Positions 1 to 21,000 of a DNA stretch of 64,000 bases are shown here, one piece after another; position 1 is the stretch's first letter, and each line of letters opens with the position of its first letter. Both the position numbers and the translations under genes were made by a program. Under the pieces are notes generated by a model that worked only from the letters and a program-made list of their open reading frames with translations, was not told where the DNA came from and did no database searches. Source of the DNA: Paraspadella gotoi (taxonomy: Eukaryota > Animalia > Chaetognatha); contig CM119269.1 in assembly GCA_051294375.1 (NCBI GenBank), positions 17,532,265 through 17,596,264 on the forward strand, in the 5' to 3' direction.

Positions 1-6795
<6,795 letters not shown>

Positions 6796-8305
6796 GATTT
6801 CCGGTGGACGTCAGTCGTCAGGAAGATTTTCCGGCGTCATAGCCGACTATAATCAGTTTAAAAAGTTTTGTTTTTTTTTCGTTTAATAATTTATTAGTTG
6901 CGCCGCGGGTACTCGCGGAGCAACTTTATAAGTCAATTTTCGGTAGGTTTGTCGGTCGGTATGTATATATTTATATTTTTATTTAATCTAAGGGACTGCT
7001 AGCCTTCAGTAAATCCTAAAACTATAAGGAATAAAAGACTCGATGCAGTACAAGTCATAAAAACATGGGCTATGAAAGTTTTTTTTACTCATGTCATGTC
7101 ATATCATATGATCAAAGAGAAATACACGTGAAAATAAAGTCTGCGGCGCAACACATTGGAATCACCGTTCTTGTTTCTTAACAAATAAATTATCAAATTC
7201 CTCCACTTCGTAGTAAGTTATAAAACCACTGACTAAATTCTTTTAATTTTGGCATCGACAAATTTTCACGCATCAAAATTAGTTCTCCCACTCGACGCCA
7301 ATACACTTACCCGACGACCTTTGAATGTAATTAAACATCAACACGCGCGACAGAAATGAGAAAGTCAATCGATTTTCGGCCAAAATTAAGCCGAAGATGA
7401 TTTCCTCTCTCAGCTTTCCTCGCGAAAGATTATATCGACGTCTCTTTCGCGATGGAAGCGAAAAAAAAAAGGTGCCGAGTTTGACAGCGTGGAGGTGGGT
7501 GCGAACAAAAGCGGGCTGCGCCGGGCGGGTGAGAAAGAACGGGCGAACGGAGAAATATATTTTTTTTATATAAACCCATTGGTCAACGAACGACGAATTT
7601 TTATGACAAAACTTTTTAATGACGAAGTATAACTTGAAAATTATAAATAAAAAATAATAAATAAATCAAGGAAAACTAATGCTGCTTCCGAACTTTGGCA
7701 CACCCTAGTCTCGCAGTGGCACATAGGCACACCCCAATCCTACCTCTCTCACTTAAGTGAAAAGAGATTATTCGTTTTTGGTGTCAAAACCTGGGCGTGG
7801 CTTGGATTAAGAGCTGCTGCACGCGAGCAGCAATTGACAGCTTTAGAGAACGCTACATCTGAGGTCCAGGTGTCAATATCTACAAGCGGTTGTACGTTAA
7901 GACCGAGTAAGATGAGAATAATAATGTAAAGTAAAGGATCTTTCTGTATGCAATATAGAGAAATACCGCTCTCTAGATTGATTAATGATATTATTGATAT
8001 AAAATTATCATTTGTATGAGATTCGTGTCAAACCTTCGACGAAATTACTGCAATTAGTTGATGGGCTTGGAGAGAGTCTTCCAATTTCTATCGAAACACA
8101 CGACTCACGAACAATCAAGTTTACGACCATTTACAACTTATTACCGTCTAGCCACTCGCCAATACAAGTTTTACTAAGAGAACTAAGAGAACCTCGAGAT
8201 CGAGAGAAAAAAGAAATTTCAACAAATTTGATAGATAAAAAAATTTTATTATGTAACAAAGCAGTTACATAAAAAATGAGAATAATATTAGTTTTTTTTC
8301 TCCAT

Positions 8306-11300
8306 TTAACAATTGTTCGTTAACATATCAGCTTTGACGCCCACATTTCGCGTTTCCGAGTCTCGATTCTCGGCGAGGTAAAAGCGAATTCCTTTCGATT
8401 CGGCGATCGGCACGATCCGCTGGTGCCACGACGACGACGACGACCAACTGGCCTCGAATTCCTCAATTCGATCGTTCAAGTCCCGCGGGACGGCGTGGCT
8501 GCTCTTCAGCGAAGTCTGCGCGGCCGCGAGGGCGACGGTTGCCGTCAGCAAGAGGTCGTCGCCGCGAAGGAGGCCGCGAATGAAGGCGGCGGCGAGGCAG
8601 TCGCCCGCGCCGGAGACGGAGACCACCGATGAAGGAGAGGGGACGAGGTCCTGTGCGAGAAATACTAGGTTTTATTTAGGATAATTAATTAATTTAAATG
8701 TATTAATGTAAATGATGGTGTCCGAAAGATTTTTGGATATAATCGTGTGATAGAACTTAGGTGTATGTTTGGATACCACGACCTATCTACAATTTTTAAT
8801 AATCGTAAGAAAACCTTTATCTCAAAGATCTACACAATGAAAAATACTGTTCTTCAGAAACTTTTTTTACAACATAAGAATTAATTAATTTTATTTAATG
8901 AACTGTTTTTGTTTTGTTTTTTCTCTCTATTTTATTATGTTTTTCGTTTGCACAGACTTAATCTATGTTTATTTGTTGATGATGATTGTACTGAATCAAT
9001 CTTGTATTCAAATAAAATCGCTTATATTATTAAAAAAATTAACTTAAGACCCGTCTGAAAAAAAAAAAAACATCCACTGATCCAGGTAAAATTTTCACTC
9101 ACCAAAAGAATAGGGAAACTGTTTGTTTTTTAGGTTTCATAACAAAGTTAGTACGACAAAAAAAAAAAGCCAAAAAAGTGGCAAGGAATTCCAGAACAAA
9201 TTGACCGAAATTCCTAGAACGTGATCGCAAAGCGCGCTTTATTGATAATTTCGAATGACCAAAATAGCGCACTTTGCAATCAATCGCTGGAACGATTTTC
9301 AACGATACAAAGTTTGGATCCGATGTCCGTCAGTCTTTTTTTTTATTAATGCGAATCATCGTCCAGTATCGATTAGAGATAAGTATATCGGAAAAAAAGC
9401 GAACGCATGAATAATTCATCGATTTTTATATTCGTCGGGTCGATGGTCATCTCGGTCGTCGCTTTTAGTTGCGCATCAGACGAAGGTTAAAGAGAGAATG
9501 TCAATGCGACTTTGGCAACGAGAAGCAAACCTAATACCTATACTTATCTTTTTTTTCTTAAAGAGTGCGAGCGATGCATCAACCATTGTCTTATGTCGGA
9601 GGTTTGCAATCATAAGGTACAGTATTCAACGTTAAAAAAACCGTTTGTGGACAACTTTCACTATGATCAATCTAATCAATCTAATCCAGGGTGGCAAAAA
9701 ATCTCCTCGCTGCGGTTTTGTCTTCCCAAAAGAATCGCCAGGAGCTCACGTCCTTATCGCCACGAGAATTGGACAACTTCACGAATTCACTATCAATTAT
9801 TTCGCCATGTTCAAGTCAGTTGCGAAGAATGTCACGTTGATATCATCATTTTGATTTTAATACTTATTAATTTAATCTATAAATTTCCGACAGAGGAAAT
9901 GGAAAATTCGCCAAACACTCCTCATTCCCCATCACAACCCATTTCTTCGTCGATGGAAAGGTTTACCTCTCACATCTCATCGCTCATTTCAAGGGAAAAA
10001 AACCCAAAATTCCAAACGATCACTGGCTGCAAGTCACTCAAACGTGGAACGGTGAGAAAGGGATCAGTCAATGATCGAATACAATATTTTGCATTTTATT
10101 TTTTTTTCCGTCGTTTAGGCCTGGGTGGCGAGTCGGTTCTCTACATCAACGGGCGACGAGTCGCTTATAAAAAGACGAACTGGAAAAGTCCCCTGGCGAC
10201 GATTGGCTTCTTCGTCCTTGGACAGAAAATGGAGTTGAAAGGCGAATTCAAACCCAAGTTTCGATTCATCGGGATTCTGTCCCAGCTCAAAATTTGGGAC
10301 CACGTGAGTGGGGAGGGAAGGGGTGGATTTTAGATGGATAGAGAGTACTCAAAAGCAATAACGACAAGAATTTTTAACATTTTAGTAGTGTTATGTGTTT
10401 TGATGTTAGTGGTTTTGTTATATTTTTCGTGATCAGTGTAGTTTTTATTTTTTACTGTGTTACAGTCTTTTTATGCTGTTATTGATAGCGTTACTGTTAC
10501 TGCGTTATTGTTATAGCATTACTGTCTTTGAATTATGTTAATATCGTTTTTTTTATTAATAATAATTTTTAAAAAAGACAAGAATTTTGCTGAGAAAAAT
10601 AAAGATTGCTTTCGGACCGAAGCGTCGTTGTACGTAGTTGTTGTTTTCATCAAAAATGACGAATTCCCTCGAATTTTGCAGATCTTAAACCCGGCTGCCC
10701 TGGAGGAGGTGCTGTCGGGCAAGAGCGAATACGACGCAGTGCCTGATCCACAAGTGCTCGAAGACGAAGTGGAGTTGGCCGGCGGCGCCACAGAAATTCA
10801 CGAAGATGACATCGACACAAATTGCTATGTTCGAAAAAACCCGCGCGGTCCAGACGAATGTTAACGCCAACGATTTTTATATTTTTTTAAAATTAAGTTT
10901 AACGTTTGCGGGTTTGGTTCCTATTTTAATGAATATTATTTAAAGATTATAAATTTCATTTCCATTATCATTATTCAATAAAAATTGTTCCCTCTTGTAT
11001 GAATTGTCACTTTGATTCTTTTACGAGTAAAACTTATCAAGAAATTGCCCTCATTTAAAAACCTGAAAGTAAAACCCGAGCTAGTCTTACCTCCACTAAG
11101 TGTAAAGGAAAGACGACGGCGACGAAATCGGCGTCGTCATCCGCTAAACTGGAGTGCCATGACGTCGGGACAAAATCTCTCGATCCGGCGTCGAAGGCGA
11201 TCGCGAATCCATCGGCGCCCAGGGTGACGACGACGACAGGAACGCGCTGCAGAACCGGAAGAAGAATCGGCGCCAAAAGGGCGGTGAAAGAAGACGACGC

Positions 11301-13982
11301 TTCGGTCGGAGGAGTGATGGATGGGGCGGCGGCGTCGAGGGAATTGAAGAATTGCGCCATCAATCGGAGTTCGTTGAGATTCGGAGAAACAAAAGTCGGA
11401 ACGGGCGAGGTCGGGTCAACTTTTAACACTGACCAGTGAAAAAATGCATAAAGTCAATCACAAACAATAGATGAGTCATAGGTATTTAACTTACTTTGAA
11501 AAGGTTTCAAAGCTTTGTTTACGTCGGTCGGTTCAAACCACGTCGGAACTCCGCGGTTTTGACAACTCTTTAAAATAAAAGTCATTGCTTCGGGCGCTAC
11601 GTTTCCGTCGAACACCACTAGCGGCGCTGTCATCAACACTGACTCATGGCGGAGTAAAAGATCAGGCGTAAGACGAGAATGAAGGTTCATGTCTCCCACG
11701 CCGTAGATTAAATCGCCGATGGCGGACAATAGACCTAAATAGCTGGGCATAAAAGGGATGAGGAAAAGAAAGTAGAAAGAAATAAAAAGGGAAAATAGAA
11801 AAAATGGAAATAATTAAATGAGAAACTTTACGGGAAATAAGTTTATGAAAGAAAAGGAAAGTCAAATCAAATAGAGTGGAAAATGCGAAATGCGAAATGC
11901 GAAAAACAAAAAATATAGACTCACGTTGGCGTTCGTTCGCCCTCAACCCATTCCACCCTCGACACGTCCATATGTGAACAATATCGTCGAAACTCGACGC
12001 CGTAAAAATCGGCGCCGACGACGGAGACGAATGCGGCGCTAGAGCCGAGGCGCGTGAGAGCGTCGGCGACGTTGCGACCGACGCCGCCGAAGGCCTCCGA
12101 GAGAGAAAAAAATTATTTAAAATGTCGATAAAAGAAAGAATGGAACTTTTTTCTTAGTGGTACCTGAAAGACGTTTCCTTCGTACGTGGCACCATTGGGC
12201 AGCACCTCCTCATCCTTAAAGCGGCCGATGACGTCGGAGACAACGCCTCCGACCACCAGCGGTCGACGGCCAGTTGATTCGCCGGTGGCGGCGTCACTAA
12301 CGTCTTTGGAAGGAAGGGAAGCGACGCGGAAAAAAGGCGACGTTTCTCCTGTTGAAAATATGGCGCAATACTAGGAAAGTATGAAATGGAACGAACTCTA
12401 CACTGGTTTTTACCGTCTTCCTTCAACTTCATGTCTCTCCAAGCGACGGCGATGTCGGCGCCAACTGCGGCGTTGTGCTTGATCAGCGCCACGTTGGCGG
12501 CCAGAGATTCGCCGCCTGTGATTGCGTTGACCCGAGAAAGAACAAAGGGCGTCACGTCTTTGCCGGAAACGTTTTGCTGAAGCGATAGATTTGCGATGGA
12601 ATAAAAAATTACGACAAGATAGTGCGACCTCACCTGCTGGGCTTCGGCGACAGCGACTCGTATCGCTTCTTCGATCGCTTCACCATTAACGTCGCTTGCC
12701 GACGGAAAAGGGACAGCCAGCAACATACCGTTGTCTAGACCCGAACGCCACCACGTATCTGCGGATGAGAAAAAGAAACCAGAATGGTGATTTCAATGTG
12801 TGTTGCGCGCAGTGACTTTCTTTTTGGTATGTTTTCTTAATAATAATAATTTGCAAAGGTACGTACGTTTTGTTTGGAAACAAAAGGTAGCGCTAGCAAT
12901 AACATAGATTAGAGAATCAGCAAAAATACCAAAAGATCAACAGCACTAAACTTGGGTCAAGTGATCGCTTTTTAAGATCACTTCCCATAAATAAATACAT
13001 AGGCACATTAAAGTTTTTTAAACACAAAAATATTAATCCTCGTAATCACCGACAAGCCTGGCCGCATTGCCCGCGTTGGCCACGTTGTTAGGAGACGGAA
13101 GTCCGCTGCTCGAAGAGAAAAAGGCGGGAAATTCGTCGTTGGCGCCGAAAACGGCCACCGGAACGCCCTCTGTCTCAAGGTATTCCAGAGTCAGACCGAC
13201 GTCCAATATAGACTGAGAATAATGACTTCCGATGAAGTAGTAAGCATTGGCAAATTAATCCTAATTTGTTAACTAACCTTAACTTACCTTAACTCCCGAC
13301 GACAAGACGCAGACCCGCGTTCGGCCGAGTTCCCTCAAATCGGCGCTAACATCCCAAGTGGAGGCGGCACCGCGGTGAACGCCGCCGACGCCGCCAGTCA
13401 CGAAGAGCGGCAAAGACGCCGACGAACAAACTAGCATCGTTCCCGCCACCGTCGTTCCGCCATGGCGGCGCTGCGATTGGCAAAGGATATAAGTTTCTGG
13501 TCAATGAAATTTTATGACTTTACTTGCCTGAGACAAAACGTGAGGAAAGTCCCTTCTGGAGATTTTGACGACGTCCGTCGCTGGGTCGCCGAGAAACTGG
13601 AGCTCCGATTCGGAGAGGCCGATTCGTATGTAACCAGAGGTGACGCCAATGGTCGCCGGAACGGCGCCGCGAGCTGAAACATTTACGCAACAGTTTCAGT
13701 GGATCAAGATTTTTTTTCAAAATTGAAACAATCTCAGACATAACCTCTGACAATGCTCTCCACTTGGATCGCAGTTTTGACATTCGTGGGATGCGGCATC
13801 CCGTGTGTGAGGATTGTCGACTCGAGGGCGACGACGGGCCGGTTCTCGTCCAGCGCTTGAGCCACCTCCTCTGACAGAATCAGTCTGTCGCGAAAGAAGG
13901 AAGTCTGGGAGTGGAGGCAACGCCGGACGCCTTTGCCACGAACGCGGATGGCGAGTCGACGCAAGGAGTTTATCAGCACCAT
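8306..13982 (-). CDS. Bifunctional pseudouridine-5'-phosphate glycosidase (PsuG/IndA) + PfkB-family pseudouridine kinase
   Basis: [64 protein letters not shown] (PsuG). [40 protein letters not shown] (PfkB). Arg-rich N-terminus resembles a mitochondrial presequence. Last intron is 8651-11090. Confidence 0.93.
9407..10864 (+). CDS. Secreted pentraxin-domain (CRP/SAP-like) protein of ~260 aa, nested antisense in the last intron of the psuG-psuK gene
   Basis: Six exons (9407-9485, 9564-9616, 9690-9814, 9894-10051, 10119-10303, 10682-10864) with GT-AG sites and consistent phases. Signal peptide [23 protein letters not shown]; FVFPKES (as near the start of mature human CRP); W..V..TW; LYING; VLGQ; [12 protein letters not shown]. 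Confidence 0.85.
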
Positions 13983-15958
13983 TTCCTTGTTTTTTTTATG
14001 TTTAACGAAGTTTTTGTTCCTTGTTTGAAACCGCGACTCAAAAATACAAAAGCGAAAGCAAAAGACTCAGATATTTCAAACCAGTTTTGGCCTAAATGTT
14101 GACTGGAGACACGAACGTCCGCCAGAATTACGGGCAAATCATACGATTATGGGCGAAGCTACTACTTTTTTGTCTATGAAAAAAGAGAAAGGCTCGCTTG
14201 TTTCAAGTTGGAATAGCTAAACAGCTGACACATTAAAACGTGAAAGCGGAATGCTTGAAATGTAATCACTGATCACTTATCACTTCTCGTTGACGTTCGC
14301 CACTCCAAACTCAATGTTTTGATGACTGTTGCGGGGTGAATGATTAAGGAATGATTATTGGGGCAAAATTCTTCTCGAATTAACATTTCATTTTTGATCC
14401 TTGATATGAAGAACTCAGTTGCACTAGCACATATTCGATTTCGTTTTAAATTATTGTATTTAAATAATGCAAATAAACAATCTTAAAAATTAACTCTAGG
14501 CCTTTGAAGCTTCTTTGAAACCATAGTCTCTTTCTGAGCGATTAAATACAGATACTTGCAAAAAACAGTATAATTTACAAATGATAAATAGAAAGAAATA
14601 ACAAATGAACAATTGGTTAAACTTTTGGTTATAATAATAAGCCTATTAATTTAGAAAACGACTTTGAAGGTAACTACTACTGCAGCGCAACGTTAGAGCA
14701 GAAAAAAATTTTTACCGATTTTTTGCCTCGTTTTACCCCAAAGATAAGCAAAGATATTATTAAATATCTCGTAATTAAAGGTTTAAGAGTGTCATTTTTT
14801 TTGCACAGGGCTGTACATTGGAAAAAAAAAGTCCCGATGTAACTTTTAACAAGGTGAAATCAAAATCATGCAACTTAATGCTTGGCTCAATGAACTGGAA
14901 AACTTTGCCAGGACGTAAGGTCCAAAAGTTGAAACATACTTCTGTATTAATTACAACTAATCAACTCTTTAAGACAGGATCTCATGAAAATGCTTGTCCG
15001 AATAAAATAGATCGTTAAATTAGGAAGGCGACTACCGAGAAAGGAATCATATTTACCAAATGGCTAATTGTCATTGACCTTACTTAAGTCCTTGATGTTA
15101 AATTGACGTTAAATTCCATTCCATTGCATTCCATGCGGTTTATTGAAACAAAACCAGCAAAGGAAGGAATGAAAATAGCATTTGCTTATTGACAAGGTAA
15201 AATTGACAGGTTCAATCGTTAAACTAATTATAGGTAAATTCGCGACTAACGAGATCATCCAAACTCCCGGGTTATGGGAAAATTTGAAACCAAAAGCCGT
15301 AAACTCGCAACAAAACGCACATACACACATCTGAAAACAGTCGTGAAGCTTGTGGATGATTTTGCTAAGGCACTAAAACCTTTTCAAATGCACATTGCAC
15401 AAACCTTTTCAAAACTTAGATTTAACTCTCAATTTTCGTTTTTTTTATTGTAAAAAGTAATACTTGTAAATAAGTACTATTATTACTAAGCCTAATTCTT
15501 TTAAAAATAATAATCTAGTTAGCTAGTGAAAAGTATAAATTTAGAAAAGTTTAAAAGAGCAACAATTCATAATGTATAAATTTTATAGTATAATTTTCAT
15601 ACAGCATTTGAACGATTACATAGGTTAAAACCGTAGATATACATAATACATCAATGATAAGCATCACCAAAAAAAAATTTTTTTTTTCATTTTAAAAAAT
15701 AGTGACAAAGTTATAAATTTAAAAACAAAATTTGTAAAATACCGAAGTATGGCAATAAATAATTCCTTGGAAATTGAAATACAAATATTGCCATCATTTT
15801 TGCATTTTCCCAATAATTCAGTCGGATACCTGAGTTTTTTTAAAGTTTTGGCCCAATTCTTATTGGAAAAACGTTAGTGGATGGTCAGGAAATAAATGGA
15901 CAGGTCGAAATCCGATATACGCATATACCCAAATTGACGATTTTTGCCCGAAACTGCT

Positions 15959-17401
<1,443 letters not shown>

Positions 17402-18031
17402 ACTGTTTTGTTAAAAAAGTTTTTTTGATTCTCTGACGCTGAAAATTGATTCTCAAGGAATGGGGTCGATTAGCGCCGGTGGTTCCTTGAGAACGCGTTT
17501 TGTATTTCTGTCCTAATTTCGTTTTGTAACGTGAATCATTTCCTGTTTTCCTTTTTTCCTTTTTTCCATCGATTATGGCCTCGAGTTGTAATAATTCGCC
17601 ATCTCGTGACGACAAGTCGAAAAAAAAAACAAATGATTTAACAACCGAAATCCGTTAGGAGAATTAGGTATGGTTATTGGTTAATTATTAATTGTTGAGT
17701 AAACGAGGTTGATGAGGTTGGGCGAGAAAAGAACTATAAATAATTAACTCATCTTGTGACCGAACGAACGATTTGTAGATTCATCAATCTATCGTACAAG
17801 CTCGTACAACTATCAATATGTTGATTTTGATTTTTATTCAGGAAAATAACTCGACAATCACATCCGCATATTTTCTGACATAAAAACTATAACGGCGGAA
17901 AATTACAACACAAATTATTTGTTACTCTTCGTTTCTTTTTAAAATCAGACGGATTAGTTGCTAAGGCTTATTTTCGGGTAAGTATTCTGTGTTTGACGTT
18001 TTTACTGTAAGTTTTAGATAATCTAAAAGAG

Positions 18032-21000
18032 TCAAGTTCTCGACCGTAAAAATATTGACGAAAAACGAGTAAAGAAAACGAAGATGATGGTGTTGAAGGC
18101 ACCGAATCGAGAAGCCGAGTTGCAGCCGTCGGAATCACACGTCTCCATGCAACCGTTGTAGCGAACCCCGTTCATCTTAAACTGAACAAAAAAGGTTGAC
18201 ACATCTAAAGCTTTAAGCCTTCACTTGAGGCAGATACAATTCTCAAGCTGAACAAAGTGACAAGCAAATCCTTTTTCAAGAAAGATGTCTTTCAGTTTCA
18301 TTGCCTACCTGCTGGACTCCACCGGGGTTACAGGTCGCACCGAAGTCATCCATCGAACAAGTTCGAATCAGCAGGGAAATTCCATCGTAAGCTGAAAAAA
18401 TGTTTAACAATCCATGAATTATAATATTAATAATATTGTTATGTAATGTTAATTATTTTTTGTATTTCGTAGTCGTATCCCGTTAATGTTGCCCATACGT
18501 TCAATGAAAGAATAGAATTAATAGAATTAATAGAATTAATAGAATTAATAGAATCAATAGAATCAATAGAATTAATGTTTGTCGTTAATGTTTAATGACT
18601 CTCACGAAATAAATGGATTTTATAATGTCAATTAGCATTTGTTGTTTCTCCTTAATTTCCTGAGGTTCACCGAGGTTGGAATTTTGGCGAAATTGGGCTA
18701 AAGGTGAATTCTCAGCTCGAGAGATCCTGACTGACCCTAAGTTACAAGGGGCGAAACGTAAGTTAAGATCTTCGGCCACGCTTCGAAGTCGTGATAAAAC
18801 CACGTGACTGAGACCACGTGACCTCAAGGCCAGGGGCAGTTAGTCTCGCTGATAGGAATTTGAGCAAGAACCGCTGCGGATATTTTGTTTTCAAAGGCTC
18901 AAGTTTTTCCTGTCTTGTTTACGTTTACGGGGGAAAAGTAAGCACAAAAAATTGTTAAAAAATATACTGCAGCCCAAAAAAAAGTAGCCACTTGTTTTAC
19001 AATTTTACAAAGATATAAAAATATGAAATAAAGTTAATTGAAAGCAGAAACGATTGGTCAAAGTCCTATTAAAATCGAGCAAAGCGTTCAAAAGTTATTT
19101 TTCTTGCAACAATCTAAAGCTTTTTATGTATATTTTTTTTAAATTAAAAAGAAATAGTAGTGTATTTAAAGTTAACTAATGGTTACTTTTTTTGCGCCGC
19201 AGTGTATATTGTTTTGTTTATTTTTCTTTAACTAACGGAAGGTTTGAATGCGCAGGTTCGTTCCGATTTCCACTTTGCGTATCGTTTTCGATTTTACAAA
19301 ACAAAACAAAAAGATGGATTCGAAGCTGACGAGAAACTTAGAAATCGAGATGGAACCGGAAGTGGCGATCATATCCGTTTCGGACAAAAGCGGCGTCGTT
19401 GAACTCGCCCGGCGCCTTTCTAAACTCGGCTTCAAGCTTCTCGGTTCCGGTAAGCAATTTATAAAGGATTTTTAAAATAAAAACCTTCACATGGCTGTTT
19501 TTCTATTTTTGGATTAGTTGGATTAATTTTTTTACTAAACACTTTTCTCTCGCTCTCCCTCAAAGGTGGGACGGCGAAAACGATTCGTGATTCGGGCGTC
19601 GAAATTAGCGACGTCAGCGACGTAACCGGATTTCCCGAGATTTTAGGCGGAAGAGTTAAAACTTTGCATCCGGTGCGTTTCTTTTTAAAAATGATTGGTT
19701 GGTTGGTTGATTGGTTGTGGCTTGTAAAGGAAGAGTTAAAATAGTGAAATGGATATTTCAGGCGGTTCACGGTGGGATTTTGGCGCGAAAAGGAGAATCA
19801 GACGTCGCGGAAATGCGACGCGAGGGTCTCAAGTTCGTCGGCGTCGTCGTCTGCAATCTTTATCCTTTCCAACGTGTCGTTGACAAGGAAGATGTCGTCG
19901 TCGCGGAGGCCGTCGAGAACATCGACATTGGAGGCGAGAGAGAGAGAGAGAGAGAGAGAAAGAGATAGGGAATGCTATGTAAAAAATTACAAAGAAGCAC
20001 TGGGAAAAAATAGGAGTTATCATAAATATATGTGAAAAATAAGTAACTAGTAGCGAGAATGAGAGAGCAGTAAATGAATTTGTCCCAAACGAAATGCCTT
20101 CAGTAAACAAGGCTCTTAAGTTGTTGACTTTAAACAGGTTATGGATATAATAGTCTAATTCCATTATTTGACATTTAGGAGTGACGCTGCTGCGTGCCGC
20201 GGCGAAAAATCACGAACGCGTGACGGTCGTTTGTGACCCTAGTGATTACGACCGAGTTCTTAAAGAGATGGAGTCTAATTCTGGAGGTTAATTAATTTTA
20301 TTCTCTTGAATACAAATGTTACAGTGCGAATTATTTTGAATCTAACAATCAACTACGATAAAAATGGCAATCAGAGACGTCACCGCAAACCCGTAAAGAA
20401 TTGGCTCTGGCGGCATTCGAACACACGGCTCGTTACGACGATGCCATCGCTGGGTATTTCAGGGAACAGTATCAAGGAGGGCATCAACAGGTTAATATTA
20501 ACATACGATACCTCGAGATTCTGGCAGTTGTAAATGTGCCCGTTAAAACTGACCAGATTTTTCATAGTTCAATGTTCTCATATTTTTTGCCCACAAATTT
20601 TTCCTCTTTCCTCAAGATCAACCTTCGCTACGGCATGAACCCTCACCAACTCCCCGCTCGAGCGTTCGCCCGCGGTCGGCCTCTCCCATTTCGAGCCCTT
20701 AACGGAGACCCTGGCTTCGTCAATCTCTGCGACGCCCTCAACGCCTGGCAACTTGTCAGGGAGCTGAAGACGGCGACGGGGCTCGCGGCCGCCGCCAGCT
20801 TCAAACACGTGTCGCCCGCCGGCGCTGCTGTGGGCGTGCCTCTGTCGGCGGGGGAGAGGAAGCTTTGCATGGTTCGTTTAAGGGAGGGGATTTTCTTTTG
20901 GTTTTACCGTCTCTCGATGACCAATTTAAATATGGATTTTATCTTGTGGTTTTATTATTATTTTTTTTGTTGTAATTTTTCTCCTTTTGTAATATTTTTG

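Noticed and set aside
7690-8272. 86-aa ORF and a small hairpin between TRPC and the psuG-psuK 3' end
   Set aside because: No recognisable domain, splice structure or RNA-family signature.
9512-10333. 273-aa single ORF in the track
   Set aside because: Read-through of exons and introns of the nested pentraxin gene; only parts are in the true frame.
8306-13982. psuG-psuK fusion as a bacterial horizontal transfer or novelty
   Set aside because: The fused enzyme is known across eukaryotes, and this copy has many spliceosomal introns.
14100-15400. Exon-like fragments (e.g. GEIKIMQLNAWLNELENFAR) upstream of psuG-psuK
   Set aside because: No consistent spliced ORF could be built; may be a relic or non-coding.
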